32,000 bases of DNA from Flavobacterium capsici (GTDB lineage: Bacteria; Bacteroidota; Bacteroidia; Flavobacteriales; Flavobacteriaceae): positions 2,635,363-2,667,362 of the forward strand of contig NZ_CP134890.1 in the NCBI RefSeq assembly GCF_032098525.1. Reading direction: 5' to 3'. Below the pieces are notes generated by a model. That model had not been told where the DNA came from and ran no database searches. It saw only the letters and a program-made list of their open reading frames with translations. Position numbers and translations under genes: made by a program. This document shows positions 19,005 through 26,167 of the stretch, one piece after another. Within the stretch, counting starts at the first letter, position 1. Every line of letters begins with the position of its first letter.

Positions 19005-20255
19005 TTATAATCCAAAAGCTGTTTTTATTTTGTCTACAAAATCTAATTTTTCCCAAGTAAATAACTCAACTATTACAGTTTTTGGCGCACCATTTGGTAA
19101 TTGGAACGTTTTAGAAACCGTTTCAGGTTTTCTTCCCATATGTCCATAAGCAGCAGTTTCACTATAAATTGGGTTTCTTAATTTTAAACGTTGCTCAATA
19201 AAATATGGACGCATATCAAAAATAGTTTCAACAACTTTAGAAATTTCACCATCAGTCATATTCACTTTTGCAGTTCCATATGTATTTACGTTGATAGAAG
19301 TTGGTTTAGCTACACCAATAGCGTACGAAACTTGAACTAAAATTTCATCACACAATCCAGCAGCAACTAAATTTTTAGCAATATGACGTGTAGCATAAGC
19401 TGCAGAACGGTCAACTTTACTAGGATCTTTTCCAGAAAAAGCACCACCACCATGAGCACCTTTTCCACCATAAGTATCAACAATAATTTTTCTTCCTGTT
19501 AAACCTGTATCACCATGCGGTCCACCAATCACAAATTTCCCAGTTGGATTGATATGATATGTAATATCATCATTAAATAAATGTGCATATTGAGGATATT
19601 TTGCTTTAACTCTTGGAATCAAAATTGACACTAAATCACTTTTGATTTTAGCTAACATAGTTGGTTCATCAGCAAAATCATCATGTTGAGTAGAAATTAC
19701 AATAGCATCAATTCTAACAGGTTTGTTATCGTCAGAATACTCTAGAGTTACTTGCGATTTTGCGTCTGGGCGCAGGTATTTAATTTCGTTATTTTCTCTT
19801 CTGATAGCGGCTAATTCAATCAATAATGCATGCGATAAATCTAACGCCAAAGGCATGTAATTTTCGGTTTCATTTGTAGCATATCCAAACATCATTCCTT
19901 GATCGCCAGCGCCTTGTTCTTCTTTGCTTGCTCTGTCAACACCTTGATTAATATCTGCAGATTGTTCGTGAATTGCTGAAAGTACTCCACAAGAATCTGC
20001 TTCAAACATGTATTCACTTTTTGTATAACCAATTTTGCGAATAACTTCTCTCGCAATTTGTTGAACATCAAGATAAGTAGTTGATTTTACTTCACCAGCT
20101 AAAATTACTTGACCAGTAGTTACTAAAGTTTCACAAGCCACTTTTGAATCAGCATCAAACGCTAAAAAATTATCAATTAATGCATCACTAATTTGATCAG
20201 CAACTTTATCAGGATGTCCTTCACTAACTGACTCCGACGTAAATAAATAAGCCAT
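19005..20255 (-). CDS. metK: S-adenosylmethionine synthetase
   Basis: 416 aa. Signatures: [25 protein letters not shown] and [19 protein letters not shown]. Confidence 0.97.
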   Translation of the reverse strand: MAYLFTSESVSEGHPDKVADQISDALIDNFLAFDADSKVACETLVTTGQVILAGEVKSTTYLDVQQIAREVIRKIGYTKSEYMFEADSCGVLSAIHEQSADINQGVDRASKEEQGAGDQGMMFGYATNETENYMPLALDLSHALLIELAAIRRENNEIKYLRPDAKSQVTLEYSDDNKPVRIDAIVISTQHDDFADEPTMLAKIKSDLVSILIPRVKAKYPQYAHLFNDDITYHINPTGKFVIGGPHGDTGLTGRKIIVDTYGGKGAHGGGAFSGKDPSKVDRSAAYATRHIAKNLVAAGLCDEILVQVSYAIGVAKPTSINVNTYGTAKVNMTDGEISKVVETIFDMRPYFIEQRLKLRNPIYSETAAYGHMGRKPETVSKTFQLPNGAPKTVIVELFTWEKLDFVDKIKTAFGL

Positions 20256-20295
20256 AAATAACTATATTTTTAGTTTAATATTATTGTTAAATGAA

Positions 20296-20406
20296 GAAAA
20301 AAGTGGATTGCCAACAAAGCTAAAGGAGAGTTTCTGCTTTAGCATTTTTTAACGAGGTTGCAATCAGTTCAAATTTCTCCTCTTTATTTTTTCGATTGCA
20401 AATGTA
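20296..20406 (-). promoter_or_regulatory. Structured 5' leader of metK with mutually exclusive helices and a T-run (candidate riboswitch/attenuator, class unassigned)
   Basis: All reads are on the minus strand. A -7-like box TACATTTG lies at 20399-20406. Segment A is TGCAATC (20394-20400), segment B is GATTGCAAC (20357-20365) and segment C is GTTGGCAATC (within 20303-20315). A:B and B:C pairings are mutually exclusive. B:C is followed by CAC and then TTTTTT. A nested hairpin GCTAAAG/CTTTAGC lies at 20319-20343. Confidence 0.4.
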
Positions 20407-20587
20407 TAAAGACTATTTAGAATAAGAAAAACAATTTTACTTTTTTTATTTTATTTATGAAATTTTCAAAAATCTAAATACGTAGTATTTAAATATATAT
20501 AATCAACTTTTAAATGTTAAATTTTCATTTTTTGTTTGGTCAATTAAAAAATAGTTCAGAAGTTTGCCTCAGTAAAAATAAAGAAAA

Positions 20588-20656
20588 ATGAATTTCACAA
20601 TGTGCCATATGTGTCGTATGATGTCGGAAACCTCCGCAGAGAACACTATTGCATAA
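20588..20656 (+). CDS. Candidate leader peptide 1 (Met/Cys-rich), MNFTMCHMCRMMSETSAENTIA
   Basis: 22 codons, of which 5 are ATG and 2 are Cys. The start context is A-rich (AAAGAAAAATG). The 3' part duplicates both arms of the downstream terminator. Confidence 0.6.
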   Translation: MNFTMCHMCRMMSETSAENTIA

Positions 20657-20682
20657 TTTTAAATTCTTAAAATATATTCAAT

Positions 20683-20712
20683 GAAACCTCTGCCAACAGC
20701 AGAGGTTTTTTT
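20683..20712 (+). terminator. Attenuator terminator 1
   Basis: GAAACCTCTGC (20683-20693) pairs with GCAGAGGTTTT (20699-20709) across a 5-nt loop. The T-run is seven T long. Confidence 0.85.
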
Positions 20713-20743
20713 ATTTAATTCAAATTTAAAAAAACAACAAAAA

Positions 20744-20842
20744 ATGAAAGTAACAGCAAAGAATATGATGATGTCAAACATGATGATGCACATGATGTGT
20801 TGTCGTATGGACATATGCTGTTACCAAAAGCGGAAGACTTAA
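20744..20842 (+). CDS. Candidate leader peptide 2 (Met/Cys-rich), MKVTAKNMMMSNMMMHMMCCRMDICCYQKRKT
   Basis: 32 codons, of which 10 are ATG and 4 are Cys. The start context is A-rich. The last 17 nt before the stop mimic the 3' arm of the downstream terminator. Confidence 0.7.
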   Translation: MKVTAKNMMMSNMMMHMMCCRMDICCYQKRKT

Positions 20843-20863
20843 TCGTAGTTATATCTATATTCT

Positions 20864-20901
20864 AAAGTCCTTTTGGTAAGCCATCCAAAAGGACTTTTTT
20901 T
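20864..20901 (+). terminator. Attenuator terminator 2
   Basis: AAAGTCCTTTTGG (20864-20876) pairs with CCAAAAGGACTTT (20885-20897) across an 8-nt loop. The T-run is seven T long. It ends 50 nt upstream of the metY ATG. Confidence 0.88.
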
Positions 20902-20950
20902 ATTTCTAAATTTTTTAAATCAATTATAAATAATCTAAAAATTCTAAATC

Positions 20951-22243
20951 ATGAGCACACAAAAATTCGCAACAAACGCGTTGCACGCAGGACACGATGT
21001 TACAAAAAATGCAGGAACTAGAGCAGTTCCTATTTACCAAACATCATCGTATGTTTTTAATAACTCAAACCATGCAGCCAATCTTTTTGGTTTAGCAGAA
21101 GCTGGTTTCATTTACACACGTTTGAACAATCCAACCAATGACATTCTTGAACAACGTTTAGCTGCGCTTGAAGGCGGAATTGGAGCGGTTGTAACAGCAT
21201 CGGGAACTTCGGCAATTGCTACAACATTTTTAACTTTACTAAAAGCAGGCGATCACATTGTAGCTTCCAATAGTTTATACGGCGGAACATACAATTTGTT
21301 AAAAGTTACACTACCAAGATTAGGAATCACAACTACTTTTGTTGATCCTTCAAATCCTGAAAATTTCACAAAAGCGACACAAGAAAATACCAGAGCTTTT
21401 TTTGTAGAAAGTTTGGGTAATCCAAAATTAGATGTTTTGGATTTAGAAGCTATTTCGAAAGAAGCAAAAGCTTTCAAAGTTCCTTTTATTGTTGACAATA
21501 CGGTAGCAACACCTTATTTATTAAACCCAATAAAATATGGTGTAGACATTGTAATTCATTCACTTACAAAATACATTACTGGAAACGGAACATCGCTAGG
21601 TGGAGTTATTATCGATGCTGGAAATTTTGATTGGAGCAATGGAAAATTTCCTGAATTCACAGAACCATCAGCAGGCTATCACGGATTGAAATATTATGAA
21701 GCACTTGGCGCAGCATCTTTTATTGCCAAAGTAAGAATTGAAGGATTACGCGATTTTGGTGCAGCATTAAGTCCGTTTAATGCTTTTCAAACCATTCAAG
21801 GATTGGAAACATTAGAAATCAGGATTAAAAAACACAGCGAAAATGCTTTGATTTTGGCAAAATGGTTAGAGGAACAAGAAGAAGTAGCTTGGGTTAATTA
21901 TCCTGGATTAGAATCTTCAAAATATAAATCAATTGCTGATAAATATTTGCCAAATGGTAAAAGCGGAATCGTAACATTTGGACTAAAAGATGGATTTGAA
22001 GCTGCAAAAAAAGTTGCAGATGAAACGAAACTATTTTCTCTTTTAGCCAACATTGGAGATACAAAATCATTAATCATTCATCCGGCGAGTACAACTCATC
22101 AACAGTTATCTGATTCTGAACAAGTGTCAACTGGCGTTACAAAAGATTTAATTCGTCTTTCAGTTGGTCTTGAAGATATTGATGATTTAAAAGCAGATTT
22201 AAGAGAAGTTTTTTCAAAAATTAAAACCCCACAAATAGTATAA
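20951..22243 (+). CDS. metY: O-acetylhomoserine sulfhydrylase (aminocarboxypropyltransferase), PLP-dependent
   Basis: 430 aa of the Cys/Met-metabolism PLP family. It has YTRLNNPT and the PLP-lysine region HSLTKYITGNG. The C-terminus reads HPASTTH..L. Confidence 0.92.
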   Translation: MSTQKFATNALHAGHDVTKNAGTRAVPIYQTSSYVFNNSNHAANLFGLAEAGFIYTRLNNPTNDILEQRLAALEGGIGAVVTASGTSAIATTFLTLLKAGDHIVASNSLYGGTYNLLKVTLPRLGITTTFVDPSNPENFTKATQENTRAFFVESLGNPKLDVLDLEAISKEAKAFKVPFIVDNTVATPYLLNPIKYGVDIVIHSLTKYITGNGTSLGGVIIDAGNFDWSNGKFPEFTEPSAGYHGLKYYEALGAASFIAKVRIEGLRDFGAALSPFNAFQTIQGLETLEIRIKKHSENALILAKWLEEQEEVAWVNYPGLESSKYKSIADKYLPNGKSGIVTFGLKDGFEAAKKVADETKLFSLLANIGDTKSLIIHPASTTHQQLSDSEQVSTGVTKDLIRLSVGLEDIDDLKADLREVFSKIKTPQIV

Positions 22244-22244
22244 A

Positions 22245-22703
22245 ATGAGCACAAAAATTGTAAATGTTTTAGGTTACGCAAAAGGTAATAATCAGTTTGT
22301 TGTCAAAGCACAAAACTTTGATGTTAGAATTAGTAAAAATGATCAATTTCCAGAATTGGAAGGTCCAAGTCCAATAGAATATATTTTGGCAGGTTATGCA
22401 GGTTGCATAAATGCTGTTGGGAAATTAGTTGCAAAAGAGCAAGGAATAACTTTAAAATCAATTCAAGTAGAAATTACTGGAACCTTGAGTTTAGATAAAT
22501 ATCAGGGAAAAATAAGCAATGAAAGAGCAGGTTTCAGTTCTATTGAAGTGATTGTAAAACCTACTGCAGATGCAACATTAGAGGAATTGAAAGAATGGTT
22601 GATAGAATTGGAAAAACGTTGTCCAGTACATGATAATTTAATCAACAAAACACCAGTTCATGTAACTTTATTCAAAGAATTTCAGGCTATTGATGCTGCA
22701 TAA
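22245..22703 (+). CDS. OsmC/Ohr-family protein
   Basis: 152 aa. Two cysteines sit in the usual OsmC positions (YAGCINAV and KRCPVHDNL). It begins 1 nt after the metY stop. Confidence 0.8.
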   Translation: MSTKIVNVLGYAKGNNQFVVKAQNFDVRISKNDQFPELEGPSPIEYILAGYAGCINAVGKLVAKEQGITLKSIQVEITGTLSLDKYQGKISNERAGFSSIEVIVKPTADATLEELKEWLIELEKRCPVHDNLINKTPVHVTLFKEFQAIDAA

Positions 22704-22742
22704 TTTATATAAAACATTGGTTATGTTTTTTGTTTGTTCGAA

Positions 22743-22777
22743 CTGTCTTCAATTGTGAAGTTGAAGGCAGTTTTTTT
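22743..22777 (+). terminator. Intra-cluster rho-independent terminator between the OsmC-like gene and metX
   Basis: CTGTCTTCAA (22743-22752) pairs with TTGAAGGCAG (22761-22770), giving 10 bp including one G-U pair. A run of seven T follows. Confidence 0.65.
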
Positions 22778-22805
22778 AAAAAAACTTCCAAAAAAAAGAT
22801 GCAAA

Positions 22806-23804
22806 ATGAAAAAATTAGAAAAAATAGACTTGTATAATTTTGAATTAGAAAACGGAAAACAATCTGTTTATATTCCATTGTTTTACCAAGTTTTTGGGCA
22901 GCCAATTGGAGATGCGCCAGTAGTTGTTGTAAATCATGCATTAACAGGAAATTCAAATGTTTCAGGAGAAAATGGTTGGTGGAATGATTTAATTGGTGAA
23001 AATAAAACGATTAACACTAATCGATTCACAGTTATTGCATTTAACATACCTGGAAATGGTTTTGATGGTATTGATAAAAATTTAATTTCAAATTATCAAG
23101 ATTTTACAATTAGAGATGTGGCAAACATTTTTTGGGAAGGTTTATTTTTTTTAAACATAAAAGATGTTTTTAGTTTAATTGGTGGAAGTCTTGGTGGTGC
23201 AATTGCATGGGAAATGACTGTTATTCAACCTGAAAAAATTCAAAATCTTATACCGATAGCTACAGATTGGAAGGCTACAGATTGGGTTATAGCAAATGTT
23301 TTGATTCAAGACCAAATTCTAAATAATTCAAAAAATCCAATTATGGATGCTCGACTTCATGCCATGCTTTTATATAGAACGCCGCAATCTATTAATCAGC
23401 GTTTTTTGAGACAGAAAACAGATAATTTTTCAAAATATCAAATAGAAAACTGGCTTCAAAACCATGGAATAAAACTCAAAAATCGATTTCAATTGTCGGC
23501 TTATAAATTGATGAATCACTTATTGAAAACTAATGATATTACTCGCAATAGAAATAGTTTTTTGGAATTATCTAAAAATATAAAAGCAAATATTCATATC
23601 GTTTCTGTCGATTCAGATTATTTTTTTATTGCCGATGAAAACCGTGAAACTTATTTTCAATTGAAAAATAATAATAATGTTTACTATCATGAAATAAAAT
23701 CTGTTCATGGACATGATGCTTTTCTGATTGAGTTTGAACAATTAGTCGAAATTTTAGAACCTATTTTTTATAAAAAAACAAAACAAATTTATGTCACCAC
23801 TTAA
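22806..23804 (+). CDS. metX: Homoserine O-acetyltransferase
   Basis: Alpha/beta-hydrolase fold with nucleophile elbow IGGSLGG and C-terminal HGHDAFLIE. I place the start at ATG 22806 (MKKLEKIDLY...). The track's TTG start at 22734 would read through the terminator hairpin. Confidence 0.88.
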   Translation: MKKLEKIDLYNFELENGKQSVYIPLFYQVFGQPIGDAPVVVVNHALTGNSNVSGENGWWNDLIGENKTINTNRFTVIAFNIPGNGFDGIDKNLISNYQDFTIRDVANIFWEGLFFLNIKDVFSLIGGSLGGAIAWEMTVIQPEKIQNLIPIATDWKATDWVIANVLIQDQILNNSKNPIMDARLHAMLLYRTPQSINQRFLRQKTDNFSKYQIENWLQNHGIKLKNRFQLSAYKLMNHLLKTNDITRNRNSFLELSKNIKANIHIVSVDSDYFFIADENRETYFQLKNNNNVYYHEIKSVHGHDAFLIEFEQLVEILEPIFYKKTKQIYVTT

Positions 23805-24891
23805 AATAAATATAATACTTTTTGGTATTGGAAACGTTGGTAGCACTTTGATTAATCAAGTTCTTGAGAGTCAAAAATTTTTTCTTGAAAAGAGAAACAT
23901 AGAACTTAGATTTCCAATAATAACCAATTCAACTTTAGCTTTTTTTGAAAAAGATGGAATTAAAAATCAATGGGAAGCTAATTTTGTTAACGCTGCCATT
24001 CCTTTTAAAATTGAAGATATAATTGAATACATTCAAGAACAACAATTAGAAAATTTAATTGCAGTTGATGCGACAGCTAGCAATGATTTTGTTAAAAATT
24101 ATATTCCTTTAATTCAAAATGGTTTTAACATTGTAGCGGCTAATAAAAAAGCAAATACTTTGCATTTTGATTTTTACAATGAATTGAGAAGAAATCTCAA
24201 AAAGTTTGATAAATCATTTTTGTATGAAACCAATGTTGGAGCAGGTTTGCCAGTAATTCAAACGATAAATGATTTGCATTTTTCAGGTGAGAAAATAACT
24301 AAAATAAGAGGTGTTTTTTCGGGTTCTTTGAGTTATATTTTCAATAGATTTTCTAATGAAGATACTTCTTTTTCTAAAATTCTTGATGCTGCCGAAAAAA
24401 ATGGATTAACAGAACCCGATTCTCGTGAAGATTTAGCTGGAAAAGATGTTGCTCGAAAACTACTTATTTTAGCTAGAGAAATAGGGAAAGAATTCGAACT
24501 TTCTGATGTTAGAGTTTCATCTCTTTTACTGCCTAACTTGAATGAAACCCATTCAAAAGCAGAGTATTCAGTGAATAAGCAATTATTTGATAAACCGTTT
24601 CATATTGCAAAAGTTGCTCAAGAAGAAAACCACGTTTTAAAATATGTTGGAGATTTTGATGTGAAAAAAAATATTTTGGAAGTCAAATTGGTTTCAATTC
24701 CAAAAAGCTCACCAATCGGTCAACTGAAAGGAGCAGATAATTTGATAGAAATTTATACTGAATCTTATGGTGAAATTCCCATTGTAATTCAAGGCGCTGG
24801 AGCTGGAAGAAAAGTTACAGCACGTGGAGTTTTAACCGATGTTTTAAAAATTGCTGAGAAAATAAAAATTCAAGAAGCTGTTTGGGCTTAA
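23791..24891 (+). CDS. hom: Homoserine dehydrogenase
   Basis: 366 aa. It has the N-terminal Rossmann motif LFGIGNVGSTL, and YETNVGAGLPVI plus FSGSLSYIFN as in the dehydrogenase domain of ThrA/MetL. It overlaps metX by 14 nt. Confidence 0.88.
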   Translation: MSPLKINIILFGIGNVGSTLINQVLESQKFFLEKRNIELRFPIITNSTLAFFEKDGIKNQWEANFVNAAIPFKIEDIIEYIQEQQLENLIAVDATASNDFVKNYIPLIQNGFNIVAANKKANTLHFDFYNELRRNLKKFDKSFLYETNVGAGLPVIQTINDLHFSGEKITKIRGVFSGSLSYIFNRFSNEDTSFSKILDAAEKNGLTEPDSREDLAGKDVARKLLILAREIGKEFELSDVRVSSLLLPNLNETHSKAEYSVNKQLFDKPFHIAKVAQEENHVLKYVGDFDVKKNILEVKLVSIPKSSPIGQLKGADNLIEIYTESYGEIPIVIQGAGAGRKVTARGVLTDVLKIAEKIKIQEAVWA

Positions 24892-24916
24892 AATTTTAAC
24901 TAACCCTTGACTACGA

Positions 24917-24957
24917 AAACCCTAAGACGAACTATATCGTTGTAGGGTTTTTATTTT
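24917..24957 (+). terminator. Rho-independent terminator after hom
   Basis: AAACCCTAAGACGA pairs with TCGTTGTAGGGTTT, with one internal mismatch and one G-U pair. TTTTTATTTT follows. Confidence 0.7.
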
Positions 24958-25020
24958 CTAAAACTGTTGCAAATTAAAATTCTATGCCTTTACTTTGCAC
25001 CGTTCATAAACATAATGATT

Positions 25021-25119
25021 GTTATCACGAAAGCTGGAGAGATTAGACTCTATGAAAGCTTAGCAACCCTACACTTGTAGAAGGTGCTACATTCTATTCG
25101 CCTTGGCGAAACAGATAAC
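25021..25119 (+). promoter_or_regulatory. SAM-I (S-box) riboswitch
   Basis: P1 pairs GTTATC (25021-25026) with GATAAC (25114-25119). The P2/kink-turn region is GCTGGAGAGATTAGACTCTATGAAAGC. The core strings TTAGCAACC and GGTGCTACATTC are present. P3 is CTAC-ACTT-GTAG and P4 is TTCGC-CTTG-GCGAA. The order and spacing match the S-box consensus (..AUC.AGAG.GG.GGAGGGA..GGCCC.AUGAA.CC.GCAACC...GGUGCUAA.UCC...AGAU.A). Confidence 0.85.
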
Positions 25120-25177
25120 CCGAAGAAATACTTTCCAGTTTCTGATAACAATTAATTTATAAAACGTTATTAGAAAA

Positions 25178-26167
25178 ATGTCAAAAATTCAAGAAGCAAT
25201 TCAAGAAAGAATACTCGTTCTCGACGGAGCAATGGGAACTATGCTGCAACGTAATAATTTCTCAGAAGAGGATTTTAGAGGCGAAAGATTCAAAGATTTT
25301 CCACATCCATTAAAAGGAAATAATGATTTGCTTTCCATTACACAACCTGAAGCTGTAAAGCAAGTGCATCGCCTGTATTTTCAAGCAGGTGCAGATATTG
25401 TTGAAACCAATACTTTTTCAGGAACAACTATAGGTATGGCCGATTATCATATGGAAGATTTAGTGTATGAACTAAATTTTCAATCAGCAAAAATTGCTCG
25501 AGAAGTTGCCGATGAATTTACAGATAGACCACGTTTTGTGGCTGGTTCCATTGGACCAACAAACAGAACAGCTTCTATGTCGCCAGATGTTAATGATCCT
25601 GGATTTCGTGCTGTAACTTTTGATGATTTACGAATTGCATACAAACAGCAAATTGAAGCTTTAATTGATGGCGGATGTGATGTTTTATTGGTAGAAACCA
25701 TTTTCGATACATTAAATGCAAAAGCAGCACTTTTTGCTATTGAAGAAGTAAAAGAAGAACGAAATATTGATGTCCCGGTAATGGTTTCAGGAACAATCAC
25801 GGATGCTTCAGGAAGAACACTTTCTGGACAAACGGTTGAAGCTTTCTTAATTTCGATTTCACATATTCCGTTGTTGAGTATCGGATTTAATTGTGCTTTA
25901 GGTGCCGACCAATTGAAACCGTATTTAAAGCGATTGGCAATGAATACACAACTCAATATTTCGGTGCATCCAAATGCAGGTTTACCTAATGCTTTTGGTC
26001 AGTATGATCAAACTCCTGAAGAAATGCAGGCATTGGTTAAAGAATACCTTCAAGATAATTTAATAAATATTATTGGCGGTTGTTGTGGAACAACTCCAGA
26101 ACACATTAAAGAAATTGCTGAAGTTGCAAAAGATTTTAAACCAAGACAAATTTTAGAAACGATATAA
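25178..26167 (+). CDS. metH: Methionine synthase, separate homocysteine-binding (S-methyltransferase) module
   Basis: 329 aa. It starts [13 protein letters not shown] and ends with the Zn-ligand motif [11 protein letters not shown]. Its stop overlaps the next start (TAATG). Confidence 0.9.
   Translation: MSKIQEAIQERILVLDGAMGTMLQRNNFSEEDFRGERFKDFPHPLKGNNDLLSITQPEAVKQVHRLYFQAGADIVETNTFSGTTIGMADYHMEDLVYELNFQSAKIAREVADEFTDRPRFVAGSIGPTNRTASMSPDVNDPGFRAVTFDDLRIAYKQQIEALIDGGCDVLLVETIFDTLNAKAALFAIEEVKEERNIDVPVMVSGTITDASGRTLSGQTVEAFLISISHIPLLSIGFNCALGADQLKPYLKRLAMNTQLNISVHPNAGLPNAFGQYDQTPEEMQALVKEYLQDNLINIIGGCCGTTPEHIKEIAEVAKDFKPRQILETI

Noticed and set aside
20296-20406. SAM-I (S-box) assignment for the metK leader
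   Set aside because: GCAACC and GCTAAAGC-like strings are present. However, the kink-turn P2 helix and a P3 helix between them are missing, and the element is too short. I left its class unassigned.
25000-25177. Cobalamin riboswitch upstream of the B12-dependent metH
   Set aside because: The conserved strings and helix order match the S-box (GGAGAGA...ATGAAAGC, GCAACC, GGTGCTA) and not the B12-box. Cobalamin riboswitches usually precede metE or B12 transport genes rather than metH.
25480-25956. 158-aa antisense ORF inside the metH N-terminal module, and similar antisense or overlapping ORFs in the track (for example 2035-2253, 2894-3100, 4315-4545, 5218-5881, 10635-10823, 11908-12655, 13510-13722, 14569-14805, 15735-16176, 16598-17302, 18703-18915, 21253-21498, 22099-22281, 22705-22956, 26334-27185, 27755-27943, 28898-29728, 30463-30744)
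   Set aside because: All lie entirely within, and opposite or out of frame to, genes with strong family signatures. Their translations are low-complexity or compositionally odd and have no recognisable motifs.
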